Position numbers and translations under genes: made by a program. Below the pieces are notes generated by a model. It did no database searches, had not been told where the DNA came from, and was given only the letters and a program-made list of their open reading frames with translations. Of a DNA stretch of 64,000 nt, positions 32,273 through 43,336 are shown piece by piece (positions within the stretch are counted from its first letter, which is position 1; every line of letters begins with the position of its first letter). The stretch is from an uncultured Chroococcidiopsis sp. (GTDB lineage Bacteria > Cyanobacteriota > Cyanobacteriia > Cyanobacteriales > Chroococcidiopsidaceae). The stretch lies in NCBI GenBank assembly GCA_964248365.1, contig CAXTYC010000006.1:107014-171013 (forward strand), in the 5' to 3' direction.

Positions 32273-32806
32273 TTAGTTGATCGCCAGGGCAAGAGCATCG
32301 AGTAGCGATTTGAGTGCTTGCGCTGTCGCGGGATCAGTAATCTCGCCCTTGTGATTGAGTTTAGCGGAAACAGCGGGAACGAGCATCGTTGCCCCTTCAA
32401 CAATCTTCGCCGTCATAACTGCAAGCGTCTGCACGAGTGAGGAATGTGCCTTGTCGCCACCATCAGGCGAAGGAGAAGCACTAATGACGGCGGTTGGTTT
32501 ATTCACAAACTCACCCGAAGACACAAGCCAGTCGAGGGCGTTTTTGAGAACACCTGGTACACCGTGTGCGTATTCGGGCGTACATATAAGTACGCCATGA
32601 GCTACCTTGAGGCTAGTGCGCCAATCCTCAACAGGGGCAGCAATGTTGTCGGTGTCAAGTTCGGGATTGAAGTGTGGGAGATTGCCCAACCCATCATAGA
32701 TCGAGATATCCATGTTATCGGGAGCTAAACCAATCGCCGCGTGCAAGAGAGCCGTATTAGACGAATGGGCGCGAAGGCTGCCGGATATGGCTAAAATTTT
32801 TATCAT
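32273..32806 (-). CDS. NADPH-dependent FMN reductase
   Basis: ILAISGSLRAHSSN, TPEYAHGVPGVLKNALDW. Confidence 0.9.
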   Translation of the reverse strand: MIKILAISGSLRAHSSNTALLHAAIGLAPDNMDISIYDGLGNLPHFNPELDTDNIAAPVEDWRTSLKVAHGVLICTPEYAHGVPGVLKNALDWLVSSGEFVNKPTAVISASPSPDGGDKAHSSLVQTLAVMTAKIVEGATMLVPAVSAKLNHKGEITDPATAQALKSLLDALALAIN

Positions 32807-32935
32807 CTGGAAATTTCTTTGCTTAATTAAGTAGCTTCCCACTCATCCTTTGGTAGCGACAATTCCTTCTTGCAACGCTTACGCTTTCAGTTTTGAATTG
32901 TGTTGAGTTTCCCCTTTAACCTTTTCCCTTTCATC

Positions 32936-33646
32936 CTATGATGAAGCAGCACCAGGGGGAATCTCAGCCAATTGAGGCAAATTAGCACTAGGGCATAAAT
33001 CAGCAAGTAGACAGGCGTTGCAAGCTGGGGAACGTGCTTTACAGATGGCTCGACCGTGATAAACTAGCCGAATTGAAAAGTTTTCCCATTCTTCTGACGG
33101 CAATAACGGTATTAAATCCCGCTCGATGAGGAGCGGATTTGTCTGCTTGGTCAATCCCAAGCGGTAACTAAGGCGCTTGACATGGGTATCTACTGTCACT
33201 CCTGCGTTAATTCCAAAAGCATGACCTAGTACCACATTCGCTGTCTTTCGGGCTACTCCTGGTAATTGCAACAACTGGGGCATACTAGGCGGCACTTGAC
33301 CGCCATATTGTTTCACCAAAATCTGACAAGCGGCTTGAATATTCTTTGCCTTATTGCGATAAAACCCAGTAGAACGAATTAGAGTTTCTATTTCTGCTGG
33401 GGGCGCATTTGCTAACGCAAAGGCATCAGGAAAACGGTTAAATAATGCGGGTGTTACCATATTCACCCGCTCATCTGTACACTGAGCCGAAAGCATAGTA
33501 GCCACCAGTAGTTGCACTGGTGTTTCGTAATTCAGGGTACATGGGGCATCTGGATATAGTCGCTTCAGACGAACTAAAATTTCCAGCGCCCGTTGTTTTT
33601 TAGCTGACCTAGGAGTAACGCTCACTGGAACAGCTTTTGTATCCAA
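32936..33646 (-). CDS. nth: Endonuclease III
   Basis: LSAQCTDERVN, HhH LPGVARKTANVV, VDTHV, C-x6-C-x2-C-x5-C 4Fe-4S motif. Confidence 0.97.
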   Translation of the reverse strand: MDTKAVPVSVTPRSAKKQRALEILVRLKRLYPDAPCTLNYETPVQLLVATMLSAQCTDERVNMVTPALFNRFPDAFALANAPPAEIETLIRSTGFYRNKAKNIQAACQILVKQYGGQVPPSMPQLLQLPGVARKTANVVLGHAFGINAGVTVDTHVKRLSYRLGLTKQTNPLLIERDLIPLLPSEEWENFSIRLVYHGRAICKARSPACNACLLADLCPSANLPQLAEIPPGAASS

Positions 33647-34713
33647 GGTAGATTGGCAGTGTCACGCACAATCAAGAAAATACCCAAACCTAACAAGACC
33701 ATTAGTCCGGTTTGCATCACACCGTCTTGAATCTTTGTAGGCAATGGTTTTCCTCGCAATCCTTCAATTAGCAAGAAGGCTAGTTGACCACCATCTAAGG
33801 CTGGTAGAGGCAAAATGTTGATTAGGGCAAGGTTAATGCTAATTAGAGCAGCAAATTGAAATAGATTACCTGCGTTTGACTGTGCAATGCTTGCTCCAAT
33901 CTCGACAATTTTGACCGGGCCTGCTACTTGACTGGCTGTTTGACCAAAGTTGCTAATTAGCTGTACAAACCCTTGACCTGTGAGAACGGCGATCCGCTGG
34001 AATTCACTTGCCCCTTGACTAAAAGCTTGGAGTATGTTATCAGCGCGGCGGCGTTCTGGCTTGCCATTCGGAAAAAGCTGGACACCGATCCGACCCATCC
34101 CATCAGGTCCCAAATCTGGTGTCACTCTCAAAGAAAGTGTTTGATTATCCCGTTGAATTTTTAGTGTTAGCGGTTGGTTAGGATGCTCTTGAATTACTTG
34201 CCTAACAAATGGCAGCGACGAGGGAGAAGCATCTAGTGTTTTGCCATCGACGGCTAAAATTATGTCTCCAGGTTTAATGCCAGCCTTAACAGCGGCAGAA
34301 CTTACTTCTGTGGCTACTGTGGGTATTAGTACACCAGGCAGAGGTTTTAATTCCTGTACACCTATTGTTCCTATTTGCGCTACTAGGAGGAAGTAAGCAA
34401 AAATGAGATTGGCGATTACTCCGGCACTAATTACGATCGCGCGATCGAGAACGGGGCGGTTGCGTAAAAGATTGGGGTCATTAGGAGGAATATCGCTGTC
34501 GGGATCATCATCGGGGAAGCCGACATAACCACCCAGAGGAATGGCGCGGACAGCATACTCGGTTTCTGGTCCTTGGTATTTCCACAAAACTGGACCAAAG
34601 CCAAGGGAAAAACGATTGACATGAATCCCTTGAGACCTTGCTGCGATGAAATGCCCCAGTTCGTGTACCACGATCAAAAGGGCTAAAACTGAAATCGCTG
34701 CCAAAACTGACAT
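33622..34713 (-). CDS. rseP: RIP metalloprotease RseP
   Basis: HELGH, PDZ domain, NILPLPALDGG. Confidence 0.96.
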   Translation of the reverse strand: MSVLAAISVLALLIVVHELGHFIAARSQGIHVNRFSLGFGPVLWKYQGPETEYAVRAIPLGGYVGFPDDDPDSDIPPNDPNLLRNRPVLDRAIVISAGVIANLIFAYFLLVAQIGTIGVQELKPLPGVLIPTVATEVSSAAVKAGIKPGDIILAVDGKTLDASPSSLPFVRQVIQEHPNQPLTLKIQRDNQTLSLRVTPDLGPDGMGRIGVQLFPNGKPERRRADNILQAFSQGASEFQRIAVLTGQGFVQLISNFGQTASQVAGPVKIVEIGASIAQSNAGNLFQFAALISINLALINILPLPALDGGQLAFLLIEGLRGKPLPTKIQDGVMQTGLMVLLGLGIFLIVRDTANLPWIQKLFQ

Positions 34714-35094
34714 AGAAAAATTTAATCTAATTCAACATTTCTTTAATTCTACAAAGCTGTCAGCTATTAGCTGTCAGTCAACAGACAGGAAAAAGGCAGC
34801 AAGGTCTGAAGGATGAAGGTTGAAGGTTGAAGGATGAAGGGAAAAGGGAAAAGGGAAAAAGGATAAAGGATAAAGGATAAACGGAAATGGGATTGCGGGA
34901 AAAGGGAAAGAATTAAATATTCACTCCTCCACAACTCCACAACTCCACAACTCCAGCTCCACAACTCCTGACTTCTGTCTTCTGACTCCAGGCTCCTGAG
35001 TTCTACCCTTGGGGAACGCTCCCTTGTACATCCTAGCCGGCGGCAACGCGCTTGCGTTCATCCTTCGCGCCTTCATCCTTCACTCTTCGCACCT

Positions 35095-36381
35095 TCATCC
35101 TTTAGATAGCACCTCATGCCCTAGATAGGATTGCAGTGCTTCTGGTATCCGTACTGTCCCATCGGGTTGTTGATAATTTTCCAGAATTGCTGCCATTGTG
35201 CGACCGACAGCCAAGCCAGAACCATTGAGCGTATGGACAAAAGATGTTCCCTTCTTGCCAGGTTCCTTGAATCGAATACTACCACGTCTGGCTTGAAAAT
35301 CCATGCAGTTGGAACAGCTGGAAATTTCTCGGTATTTACCAGATGAAGGCAACCACACTTCTAAGTCATAACTCTTGGCGGCTGCAAAGCCTAAATCGCC
35401 TGTACACAACTCTACCACACGGTAGGGCAACTGCAATGCTTGTAAAATTGCCTCTGCATTCTCGACTAACTTTTGATGCTCTTGTTCCGAAGTGTCGGGA
35501 TGGACAAATTTATACAATTCGACTTTGTTAAACTGATGTAGTCGAATCAAACCGCGTGTATCTCTGCCATAGCTACCAGCTTCGCGGCGAAAACAAGGAG
35601 TATAAGCACAGTGGTAGATGGGCAATTCTTCCGCCGCTAGAATTTCACCTCGGTAGAGATTGGTGATCGGCACTTCTGCTGTAGGAATCAGCCACAAATC
35701 ATCCAACGCGCACTTAAAGCTTTCGTCGGCAAACTTGGGCAGTTGACCGGATGCCGTCAAAGACTGGGTATTAACTAAAATTGGGGGTATTACCTCTACA
35801 TACCCAGCGGCGATTTGGCGATCGAGCATAAACTGAATCAAAGCCCGTTCCAAAGCAGCGCCAGATCCTATAAGTGTGACAAAGCGGCTTTGAGCAATTT
35901 TGGCAGAGCGCTCAAAGTTGAAAATCCCCAGTTTTTCGCCAATTTCCCAGTGGGGGATAATATTAGCATTTTCAGGAATATATTCATCACCCCAGCGACG
36001 TATTTCTACATTTTCTTCCTCACTTTTACCGATGGGTGTGGAGTCACCAGGTAAGTTGGGAAGTGCGAGTAGAAGTTTTTCGATAGAGGCTTTTAGTTCT
36101 TTTTCCTGGGGTTCGAGTTCGCTAATTTGAGATTTGATAGCATTACCTTCATCTCGCAGTTGCTCAATTTCTGGGTGGTTGGGATTAGTGCCAGATTTGA
36201 TTTTTTGTCCAACAAGTTTACCAATTTCGTTGCTTCTGGCTTGGAGTTGCGATCGCTTACCTTCGAGTTCCCGTTGTTGCCGATCCAACTGTAAAATCGG
36301 TTGAATGTCATAATTACCCCGACTGTTCAACCGCTCTTGCACCGTTTGCGGATTTTCCCGTATTTGTTTTAGATCCAGCAC
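35095..36381 (-). CDS. serS: Serine--tRNA ligase
   Basis: [35 protein letters not shown]. Confidence 0.98.
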   Translation of the reverse strand: MLDLKQIRENPQTVQERLNSRGNYDIQPILQLDRQQRELEGKRSQLQARSNEIGKLVGQKIKSGTNPNHPEIEQLRDEGNAIKSQISELEPQEKELKASIEKLLLALPNLPGDSTPIGKSEEENVEIRRWGDEYIPENANIIPHWEIGEKLGIFNFERSAKIAQSRFVTLIGSGAALERALIQFMLDRQIAAGYVEVIPPILVNTQSLTASGQLPKFADESFKCALDDLWLIPTAEVPITNLYRGEILAAEELPIYHCAYTPCFRREAGSYGRDTRGLIRLHQFNKVELYKFVHPDTSEQEHQKLVENAEAILQALQLPYRVVELCTGDLGFAAAKSYDLEVWLPSSGKYREISSCSNCMDFQARRGSIRFKEPGKKGTSFVHTLNGSGLAVGRTMAAILENYQQPDGTVRIPEALQSYLGHEVLSKG

Positions 36382-36485
36382 AGATTTTTCTTAGCCTCAC
36401 AAAAGGGGCTTTTAACAACACATGATCAACACATCAGAATATATTTTAGGGTAGTAATCCTTTGCAGGTGCGATCGCCCAGGCTA

Positions 36486-37067
36486 TTACTTATTGATCCG
36501 ATTGAGTAGCCACAGCGAAGCGACAAGCCCTGCAAAGTGGGCAAAAACGATGTTAGTATTTGCCTGAATCGCAAACATATCTAACCCAGTGATCCAAGCT
36601 GAGTTTCCTTGTTGTGGTACAAGCAAAGGGGATTGCGGTTGAGATATAGCCCTGGCAGCAAAAGTACCAACAATTGCTTGTGCGCCCAACAAAGTCAACA
36701 GTATTCCCACCAAATTTACTAGTATTCCCAAGCGCAGGACTTGAATTGTTTCAATTTTGCGAGGACGATTGACAGGATTAGATGATTGTAGTTGATTGCC
36801 AACTCTGGTATAGCGGAAAGCCAAATAAATGCTGACACCAAGACTTACCAGTCCACAAATTGCCAAAAAGACACCAAATCCAGTTCCTGGATTGTTCCCT
36901 GAAGTGCCAGTTCTCTGACCAAAGACGGCGAATACCAGCAAAATTACAGCCGAAACAACACCTAATACCAACTGAATCCAGAAACCAATCCAGCCTGTGA
37001 GGCGAAACGCCTTGGCGATCGCTTGCAGCGATGAAGGAGGTGATTTGGCTTCCGATCTATCAAACAT
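36486..37067 (-). CDS. DUF3611-family membrane protein (Tic21-like)
   Basis: GWIGFWIQLVLGVVS...QANTNIVFAHFAG; the upstream ORF extension is translated STRR. Confidence 0.75.
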   Translation of the reverse strand: MFDRSEAKSPPSSLQAIAKAFRLTGWIGFWIQLVLGVVSAVILLVFAVFGQRTGTSGNNPGTGFGVFLAICGLVSLGVSIYLAFRYTRVGNQLQSSNPVNRPRKIETIQVLRLGILVNLVGILLTLLGAQAIVGTFAARAISQPQSPLLVPQQGNSAWITGLDMFAIQANTNIVFAHFAGLVASLWLLNRINK

Positions 37068-37504
37068 ATTTATCCCCAGTGTGCATCCCTTACATAAATT
37101 CTTATCACAATTAGTAATTGGTAAATGGTAATTGGTAGTTGGTAGTTGGTGAAAGGGGAAAAGGGAAAAGGGAAAGGGGAAAGGGAAAAGGTAAAAGGGA
37201 AAAGGGAAAAGGGAAATTAATGATTTTCCCCCCTGCTCCCCTGCCAAAGTGCTCCCCTGCCAAAGTGCTCTCTTTTCTAGCCCCTAGTCACTAACTAACG
37301 GCAAGATTCTAATTAATTTTAAGTGAAGGGGAGCAGACATATAGAGACTAACCGTATAAAATTGCCTAAATCGCATTTCTAAGGAGAGTATTTAATAAAC
37401 AAGAGCGATCGCTACCGATAGCTTGTAAAAGCAAGTTAAATTACCAACTACTCACCACAAGTCCTTTTTTATTTCCAAAAATTAGGAATTAGTAGGTTAA
37501 ACCT

Positions 37505-37852
37505 ATGAGACTTGAGGATATTTATCAGTTTTTTCAAAATCCTCCTCCGACTTATTTAAGCCAGGAACTAGCTGTATGTTACGTTTTGTCTGTCTTGTTA
37601 AAGGGGGAATCTTACGGTACAGAGCTAATTCAAAAACTAGAGAGTGAACACCCCCATTATCGGCTTTCTGATACTGTGCTGTATACTGCGCTCAAATTTC
37701 TGGAAGACGAAAAGGCAATTATCGGTTATTGGAAGAAAGTTGAAGGACGTGGGCGACCTAGGCGGATGTACCAAGTTAGCGAACAATGGCAGCCACAAGC
37801 TCAAAATCTCGCTCGTCTTTGGCAGGAATACATTAACAAGGTGGTTAATTAG
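37505..37852 (+). CDS. pex: PadR-family circadian period extender Pex
   Basis: DIYQFFQNPPPTYLSQELAVCY, SYGTELI, RLSDTVLY, GRGRPRRMY. Confidence 0.88.
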   Translation: MRLEDIYQFFQNPPPTYLSQELAVCYVLSVLLKGESYGTELIQKLESEHPHYRLSDTVLYTALKFLEDEKAIIGYWKKVEGRGRPRRMYQVSEQWQPQAQNLARLWQEYINKVVN

Positions 37853-37957
37853 TTATTCCTCTTGGGGACAACATTATTTAGTTAGTGAGGAAACCCATAA
37901 CCCACGAAGAACAAAGCTCGACCCACGTTAGAAGAGTCAATTCCGAATTACGCTCTT

Positions 37958-40900
37958 TCAATTGGAAATTGTTTTGGTTACTTTAAAAGTAGCTATTTTC
38001 CAAGGTGAAATGCTAAAGGCTTGCTCACTTGGCGTTTGGGCAGCTGTGAGTGATGTCTGACTAACAGGCTCCTCGCTTTGCGCGTCTTGGCATTTACGCT
38101 CTAGTAGATCAACCCGATGGTCTATGCGGTAGCCTAAATCACTTTGTAAAGATAACTGGGCAGTTTCTCCTAGAGATTCATAGCAGCGCAAAATAAACTG
38201 CCCAGTTTCATCTTCTGATTGCTTAAACGCCATTAAAATTAAATTTTCAGATGATAAATCTAGCAAGCTGCTCACAGGTGGCATCTGACCTGATGAGGTA
38301 GACACGGGTGGAAGTAGCATAGCTTGCAGTGGTAGATTTAGTTCATAGCCACGTCGAACTGTGTGGGCTGATTGCCAAGTACCACCATGAGGATACAGGG
38401 CATAGGTAAACTCATGCATTCCCCTATCTGCACCTGGATGGGGCCAGTTAGAACTTCTTAACAGTGTTAGGCGTAATTGATTTGGTTGACTGTCATAACC
38501 ATATTTACAATCATTGAGCAAACTTACACCGTAATCATCTGTACTCAAGTCAGCCCATTGCAGGGCGGGAACTTCCCATTTTGCTTTCTGTGCCGGAGTT
38601 TGTGGTCGAGTTGGTCTTTGAATAGCACCACAGGGAATTTCGTAGGTAGCATATTCCGACTCTAGGTTTAGGGGAAAAGCAGCTTTCACCAATACATGAC
38701 TTTCTTGCCAGTCAACAGTTGTTTTGATTTTGAGGACAGCAGACCCTGTTTCTAAAATGTAATCTTGCCAAAACTTTGACTGACCAATTTTTCGCACTAC
38801 ACTGACGCGAGTTTGCAATACTTCTCGTTCCCGATATTGGATATTTATTAGCTGGGCAGGTGGTAAGGGATGCTGAGCATAATTTGGGTCAATGTTCCAT
38901 GCATCCCAGTATTGCCCACTGTCTTGAAAGGCTTGGAGTTGATTACCCGCACCACTCAAAACTTCGCGTTGATGAGTTTTGTCAAATACGCTTGACAAAT
39001 CGCCTGTTGCAGGATCTACTGTGACACGTAAATACTCATTTTCTAATACAAATTCTGCACTGGGTGCAGAGGCTTTTAAGGAAGGTTTACCAGGACACAA
39101 CCAAAAGACTCGATAACCACAAGCAGGAATATCTTTTGCCAAGAAAGAAAGTAATATTGTGGATTGGCTAGATGATTTTGGTTCGCTCAAACCCACTTGA
39201 GACGGTAATTCATCTCCATCTAGGTTGTAGATTTGCAAGTCAAAAGAAGGCTCATTTGTAAGTTCTTTGAGTGAAATTTCAACGACTTGTGAAATCTCCC
39301 AGTTAAGAGAGTTAAAGACAAAAATCGGCTGTGCGTGTGGTGATGGAGGTGTGGGGAGAGAAACCCCAGTTGCGATCGCTCTCAACGACTGCTGTAATAT
39401 ATCCGTTGCTGTTTGTTCCACCTCCTGCCAAGCTTTATTTGCCTCTACATAAACGGGGGCAATGGCAGAACCTGGTAAGATGTCGTGAAATTGGTTAAAT
39501 AAAACTTTCTTCCAAGCAGCTTCTAACTGTTCTTGAGGGTAGGCTAATTGGGTACTCAACGTAGCCAAACTGGCGAAAAGTTCAGCTTGATACAACAATC
39601 CTTCACAGCGACGATTCCAGCGCTTTTGCCGCCCATGAGTAGTGTAACAGCCGCGATGAAATTCTAGATATAGTTCATCTTGCCAGGTGGGGAAGAGAGC
39701 TGAGGGAGAGTCGGGAGCTGGGGGAGCTAAATTTATAGCCTCTGGCCTCTCGCCTCTGGCCTTGATTTGCTGCAAATATTCCAGGGCGGTAGTAAATTCT
39801 AATTTTGGGAAGAAGGGGGATTGTTGCCAACGTCGGGCGACTTCGAGCATATCGCGGGTGGGACCGCCGCCGTGATCGCCAACACCAGGGAGCCAGAGAG
39901 CTTGTTGTAGAAGAGTTTGGGTTTCCCAGTCACAGATATAGGATGCCATTTTTAGCGGGTCAATGCCTTCGCCAATCGGGGCAGACATGAGACTAAATAA
40001 CTCAGTACCGTCAGGAGAGCGCCACCAAAAAGCCCCATAAGGAAACTCGGTTGTGTCATTCCAGCGTAATTTTTGGGTAACGAAATATTCAATTCCCGCA
40101 TCAGCTAGAAACTGCGGCAGAGTAGCACAAAAGCCAAAACTATCTGGTAGCCATGCTACGAGCGAGATACTGCCAAATTTCTCTTGCACGTAGCGCTGTC
40201 CATACAACAGATGACGCACAATCGATTCACCACCGATAGTATTCAGTTCTGGCTCTACCCACAAACCACCGACAAATTCCCAGCGTCCTGCTTTGACTTG
40301 TTGTTGAATAGCTGCAAATAAATCAGGGCGATGCTGTTCTATCCAAGCGTAAAGTGCAGGGGTGGAATGGCAAAAGGTTAGTTCGGGAAATTCCTGCTGG
40401 AGGTTGAGAACTGATGTAAATGTACGTTGTGCAGCTAACCAAGTTTCACCCACCTCCCATAGCCATGCTAAATCTAAGTGAGCATGACCTAGCAAGAAAA
40501 TTTTGGATTTTGGATTTTGGATAAGAGATTGAATCAGGTTGTGGCGGAGCGTATGAAGTGAAAGATCAAACTTTTGCCTATCGGCTATTGCTGACCAATC
40601 AATGAATGCTACAATGTCTGCGAGGTTAGCCAATTTTTCAGGCTCAAAGGTTTCTAGAATGCGTTGCATGACTGCTAATTCATCAGCAACAAAGCCAGGT
40701 TCTGGAACATCCTCGGTTGATTCATAAACTAAGAGCGATCGCACCAATGCTCCTTCATCATGAGCTGGACTGACCAGTTTTAAAGCGATCGTAATTTCTT
40801 CCCCTGGTGTAACCGATGGACTTAGCAGCACTCTAGTTGAGCAATCAAATAAATCTCCCTCTTGTACCAGTTGACCATTGACATAAATCTGTGCTAAGTC

Positions 40901-41263
40901 TGCCCACCAAGTTAGAGCTAGCCGTAAGCACAAACCAGATAGAGGATAGCCCTGTAACTGGTGGGGAATTACCAACGTTTGCACCAACCACAACACTCTT
41001 CCCCTTTCCCAAGCGATATGCCCTTTAGCATTCACAGATGTGGGGCTAGAGGCTAGAGGCAAGGGGCTAGAGGCAAGAGGCAAGAGGCTTTTCTCCCCCT
41101 CTCCCTCTTGCCCCCTTATCCCCAGAGGGGACCCCTTCCCCCTCTCCCCTGCTTCTGACCACCCTTGCCAGTTCTTCTGGATATCAACTTGGGTACAAGA
41201 GCGTAGTCGGGCGATCGCGCGTGAAATTAAGTTCTGATCAGCTTGAGAAGCAGTCGAGTTCAT
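37958..41263 (-). CDS. Alpha-mannosidase, GH38
   Basis: GHAHLDLAWLW, WLPDSFG, GVGDHGGGP, ELYLEFHRGCYT, NQFHDILPGS. Confidence 0.95.
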   Translation of the reverse strand: MNSTASQADQNLISRAIARLRSCTQVDIQKNWQGWSEAGERGKGSPLGIRGQEGEGEKSLLPLASSPLPLASSPTSVNAKGHIAWERGRVLWLVQTLVIPHQLQGYPLSGLCLRLALTWWADLAQIYVNGQLVQEGDLFDCSTRVLLSPSVTPGEEITIALKLVSPAHDEGALVRSLLVYESTEDVPEPGFVADELAVMQRILETFEPEKLANLADIVAFIDWSAIADRQKFDLSLHTLRHNLIQSLIQNPKSKIFLLGHAHLDLAWLWEVGETWLAAQRTFTSVLNLQQEFPELTFCHSTPALYAWIEQHRPDLFAAIQQQVKAGRWEFVGGLWVEPELNTIGGESIVRHLLYGQRYVQEKFGSISLVAWLPDSFGFCATLPQFLADAGIEYFVTQKLRWNDTTEFPYGAFWWRSPDGTELFSLMSAPIGEGIDPLKMASYICDWETQTLLQQALWLPGVGDHGGGPTRDMLEVARRWQQSPFFPKLEFTTALEYLQQIKARGERPEAINLAPPAPDSPSALFPTWQDELYLEFHRGCYTTHGRQKRWNRRCEGLLYQAELFASLATLSTQLAYPQEQLEAAWKKVLFNQFHDILPGSAIAPVYVEANKAWQEVEQTATDILQQSLRAIATGVSLPTPPSPHAQPIFVFNSLNWEISQVVEISLKELTNEPSFDLQIYNLDGDELPSQVGLSEPKSSSQSTILLSFLAKDIPACGYRVFWLCPGKPSLKASAPSAEFVLENEYLRVTVDPATGDLSSVFDKTHQREVLSGAGNQLQAFQDSGQYWDAWNIDPNYAQHPLPPAQLINIQYREREVLQTRVSVVRKIGQSKFWQDYILETGSAVLKIKTTVDWQESHVLVKAAFPLNLESEYATYEIPCGAIQRPTRPQTPAQKAKWEVPALQWADLSTDDYGVSLLNDCKYGYDSQPNQLRLTLLRSSNWPHPGADRGMHEFTYALYPHGGTWQSAHTVRRGYELNLPLQAMLLPPVSTSSGQMPPVSSLLDLSSENLILMAFKQSEDETGQFILRCYESLGETAQLSLQSDLGYRIDHRVDLLERKCQDAQSEEPVSQTSLTAAQTPSEQAFSISPWKIATFKVTKTISN

Positions 41264-41422
41264 AAATAATTCGTAATTAGGATCTTCGTACTTGTTGTTC
41301 CTATATTTCGATAGAATCAGGGCATCATTTGTAGTTTGTAATTTGTAAGCGTGTAAGCACGCAATTGCTGATTTTTAGACTTCAAACTTCATACTTCTAA
41401 CTTTATACTTCATACTTCGGCT

Positions 41423-43141
41423 ATGTCCTCCGCTGACTCTGGACGTTATCAAAGCAGACTCTTTAATTTTGTTTACAAGCAATCGCGCCGATTTACAAGG
41501 TCTTGCGATCGCGCATGGCGCAATATTCAAATCACTGCCAGTTGGGTTGCAGCTGTAGGGCTATATCCGCTCTTGCTACTGTTTGAGTCAACTCGTTCAA
41601 CCGCCAATCAAATACATCAAGCTGTGCAACAAACCTTACCCCAGTTACCAGCACCTCAAACCGATCCCGAACCCTCTTCTGTTGATACACCCATACAGCA
41701 AGTACTGCTTAGCATCGATGCTTTGTCATCCCAGCACATCATTTCCCCATCAGGAGAGAGCAGGGAGGCAGGGGGCGCAAGGAGCACAGGAGCAGAGGAG
41801 CAGAGTTGCCCAGGGGCAAGGGAGAGTGTAGAGCCGAATTCTTCCCTAGCCCCCAGCCCCCAGCCTCCAGCCCCTCTAAGCTCAATTCAGGGAATAGCGA
41901 CACAGCTATCGAGTCAGACATTGGTACTTGTGACAGATCACAATGAAATTCTCGACATTTTGACTTCGACGCAGCAGGAAAAATTACAAGCGCAAATTAT
42001 TACCGCAGTAGCTGACGAGGGGCGCTACCAGCGGCTAGCGTGGGGGGGCGGTAGAGGTACTTTAGGTGCGACAGAGAATTATCAACTACCGTACGGGCGG
42101 GTTATCAGACATACTTGTGAGGCGCAAGATAACTCGTTTAAACCCGTCCCTACCAATTACCAACTACCAAACCTAGTACTAGGCTTTTTAGATCGCACTA
42201 TTGCTGTTGTGGAATCAAATCATGTAGTGCCAGTAAAATCATTAGCGATCGCACTTTTTAGCACGAACTCTCGTGATGGGCTTGTGGGGCGGATACAAAC
42301 TGGGTTGGCTGTCTTATCCAAAGGCAAATGGGTGGCAAAAGATCCTAATGGTAGTTCTACCACCGATACAATTAGGATTCAAGCTCTGATTAAGGCAGCA
42401 ATTGACTACTTTTTTGGGACTCGCACACAAGAGCCTCTCGAACAAACTACACCGAAATCCGATTTTAGCCACAGACTCCGCCCTAACTGGGAGACAGCAC
42501 AAAGAAATCACCCATCTCTAAACTCAACAAATTCTCAAACCCAAGCCAAACAACTAAAAGGGCGTTATAGGGCGGCTAAATTGTCCGTTGCTAAGTCGTC
42601 TTCCGCCCATCTGTGTCTCGGTTCCCAGTCAGTTAACCCAGGTATAGAAGATCCTTGGCTGTGCGAAAGCGATTTGTTTGGTGAGTCGGTTACAAGTGAA
42701 AAATTAACTGGGTATCAACCCAATCAGTTAAAGCCTAAAGCCAAGATATCTGGAAGTAGAAAAAGTTTGGTGGAGAAAGCAAGAGAATATTCTTTGGGTA
42801 ACTTAGTCAATATCCGTAAATTTTTGCTCCAACCAAAACCAGCATCTGAGATAGTAAAACGGCAAAATATCAATAATGGCTTCTTAGTAGCAGGAATTAG
42901 CACTAAACAATCTCCGCCTCTATTTAAATCACCTCGACAAGATACAGCAGGTGAAATATTCGCTTCTTCCAGCAATACCAACACTCAGATTCAGCCAGCA
43001 CCTGACTGGATTGAAACGGATGCGACGGCGATGGGTTATGTCAAACACCCATTAGAGCAATTACTAGCATGGCTTGACCGAGCTATGCTCTGGCTAGAAG
43101 AGATTTTGCTCAAAATTTGGCAGTGGCTTATGAGGGGCTAG
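41423..43141 (+). CDS. Hypothetical protein, low complexity, with repeat insertions
   Basis: Ordered-looking termini (YQSRLFNF; DWIETDATAMGYVKHPLEQLLAWLD) around a variable middle. Confidence 0.75.
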   Translation: MSSADSGRYQSRLFNFVYKQSRRFTRSCDRAWRNIQITASWVAAVGLYPLLLLFESTRSTANQIHQAVQQTLPQLPAPQTDPEPSSVDTPIQQVLLSIDALSSQHIISPSGESREAGGARSTGAEEQSCPGARESVEPNSSLAPSPQPPAPLSSIQGIATQLSSQTLVLVTDHNEILDILTSTQQEKLQAQIITAVADEGRYQRLAWGGGRGTLGATENYQLPYGRVIRHTCEAQDNSFKPVPTNYQLPNLVLGFLDRTIAVVESNHVVPVKSLAIALFSTNSRDGLVGRIQTGLAVLSKGKWVAKDPNGSSTTDTIRIQALIKAAIDYFFGTRTQEPLEQTTPKSDFSHRLRPNWETAQRNHPSLNSTNSQTQAKQLKGRYRAAKLSVAKSSSAHLCLGSQSVNPGIEDPWLCESDLFGESVTSEKLTGYQPNQLKPKAKISGSRKSLVEKAREYSLGNLVNIRKFLLQPKPASEIVKRQNINNGFLVAGISTKQSPPLFKSPRQDTAGEIFASSSNTNTQIQPAPDWIETDATAMGYVKHPLEQLLAWLDRAMLWLEEILLKIWQWLMRG

Positions 43142-43335
43142 GGGCTAGGGGCTAGGGACTAGAAGAAAGCAGGGGGAGATGGGGGATCTGGGGAAGCTGG
43201 GGGAGAAAGAATTCCCTTTACCGCAATACCTCTTTACCCTTTTACCTTTACCCTTTACCCCTCGCCCCTCAAGAGTCACCCCTAGCCCCTAGCCCCTAGC
43301 CTCTAGCCCCTAGCCTCTAGCCTCTAGCCCCTAGT
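43134..43335. repeat. Mixed STRR tract between convergent genes
   Basis: (GGGGCTA)n, (TTTACCC)n and (CCCTAGC/CCTCTAG)n. Confidence 0.85.
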
Positions 43336-43336
43336 T

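Noticed and set aside
34767..34964. 65-aa ORF; likewise 48841-49120, 16038-16292, 29253-29477, 13530-13712 and 56954-57175
   Set aside because: Low-complexity translations of STRR tracts (FPFP, QRTKDKG, PLSP).
37068..37247. N-terminal extension of the DUF3611 ORF
   Set aside because: Entirely STRR-derived; ATG 37067 with an upstream GGGG is the better start.
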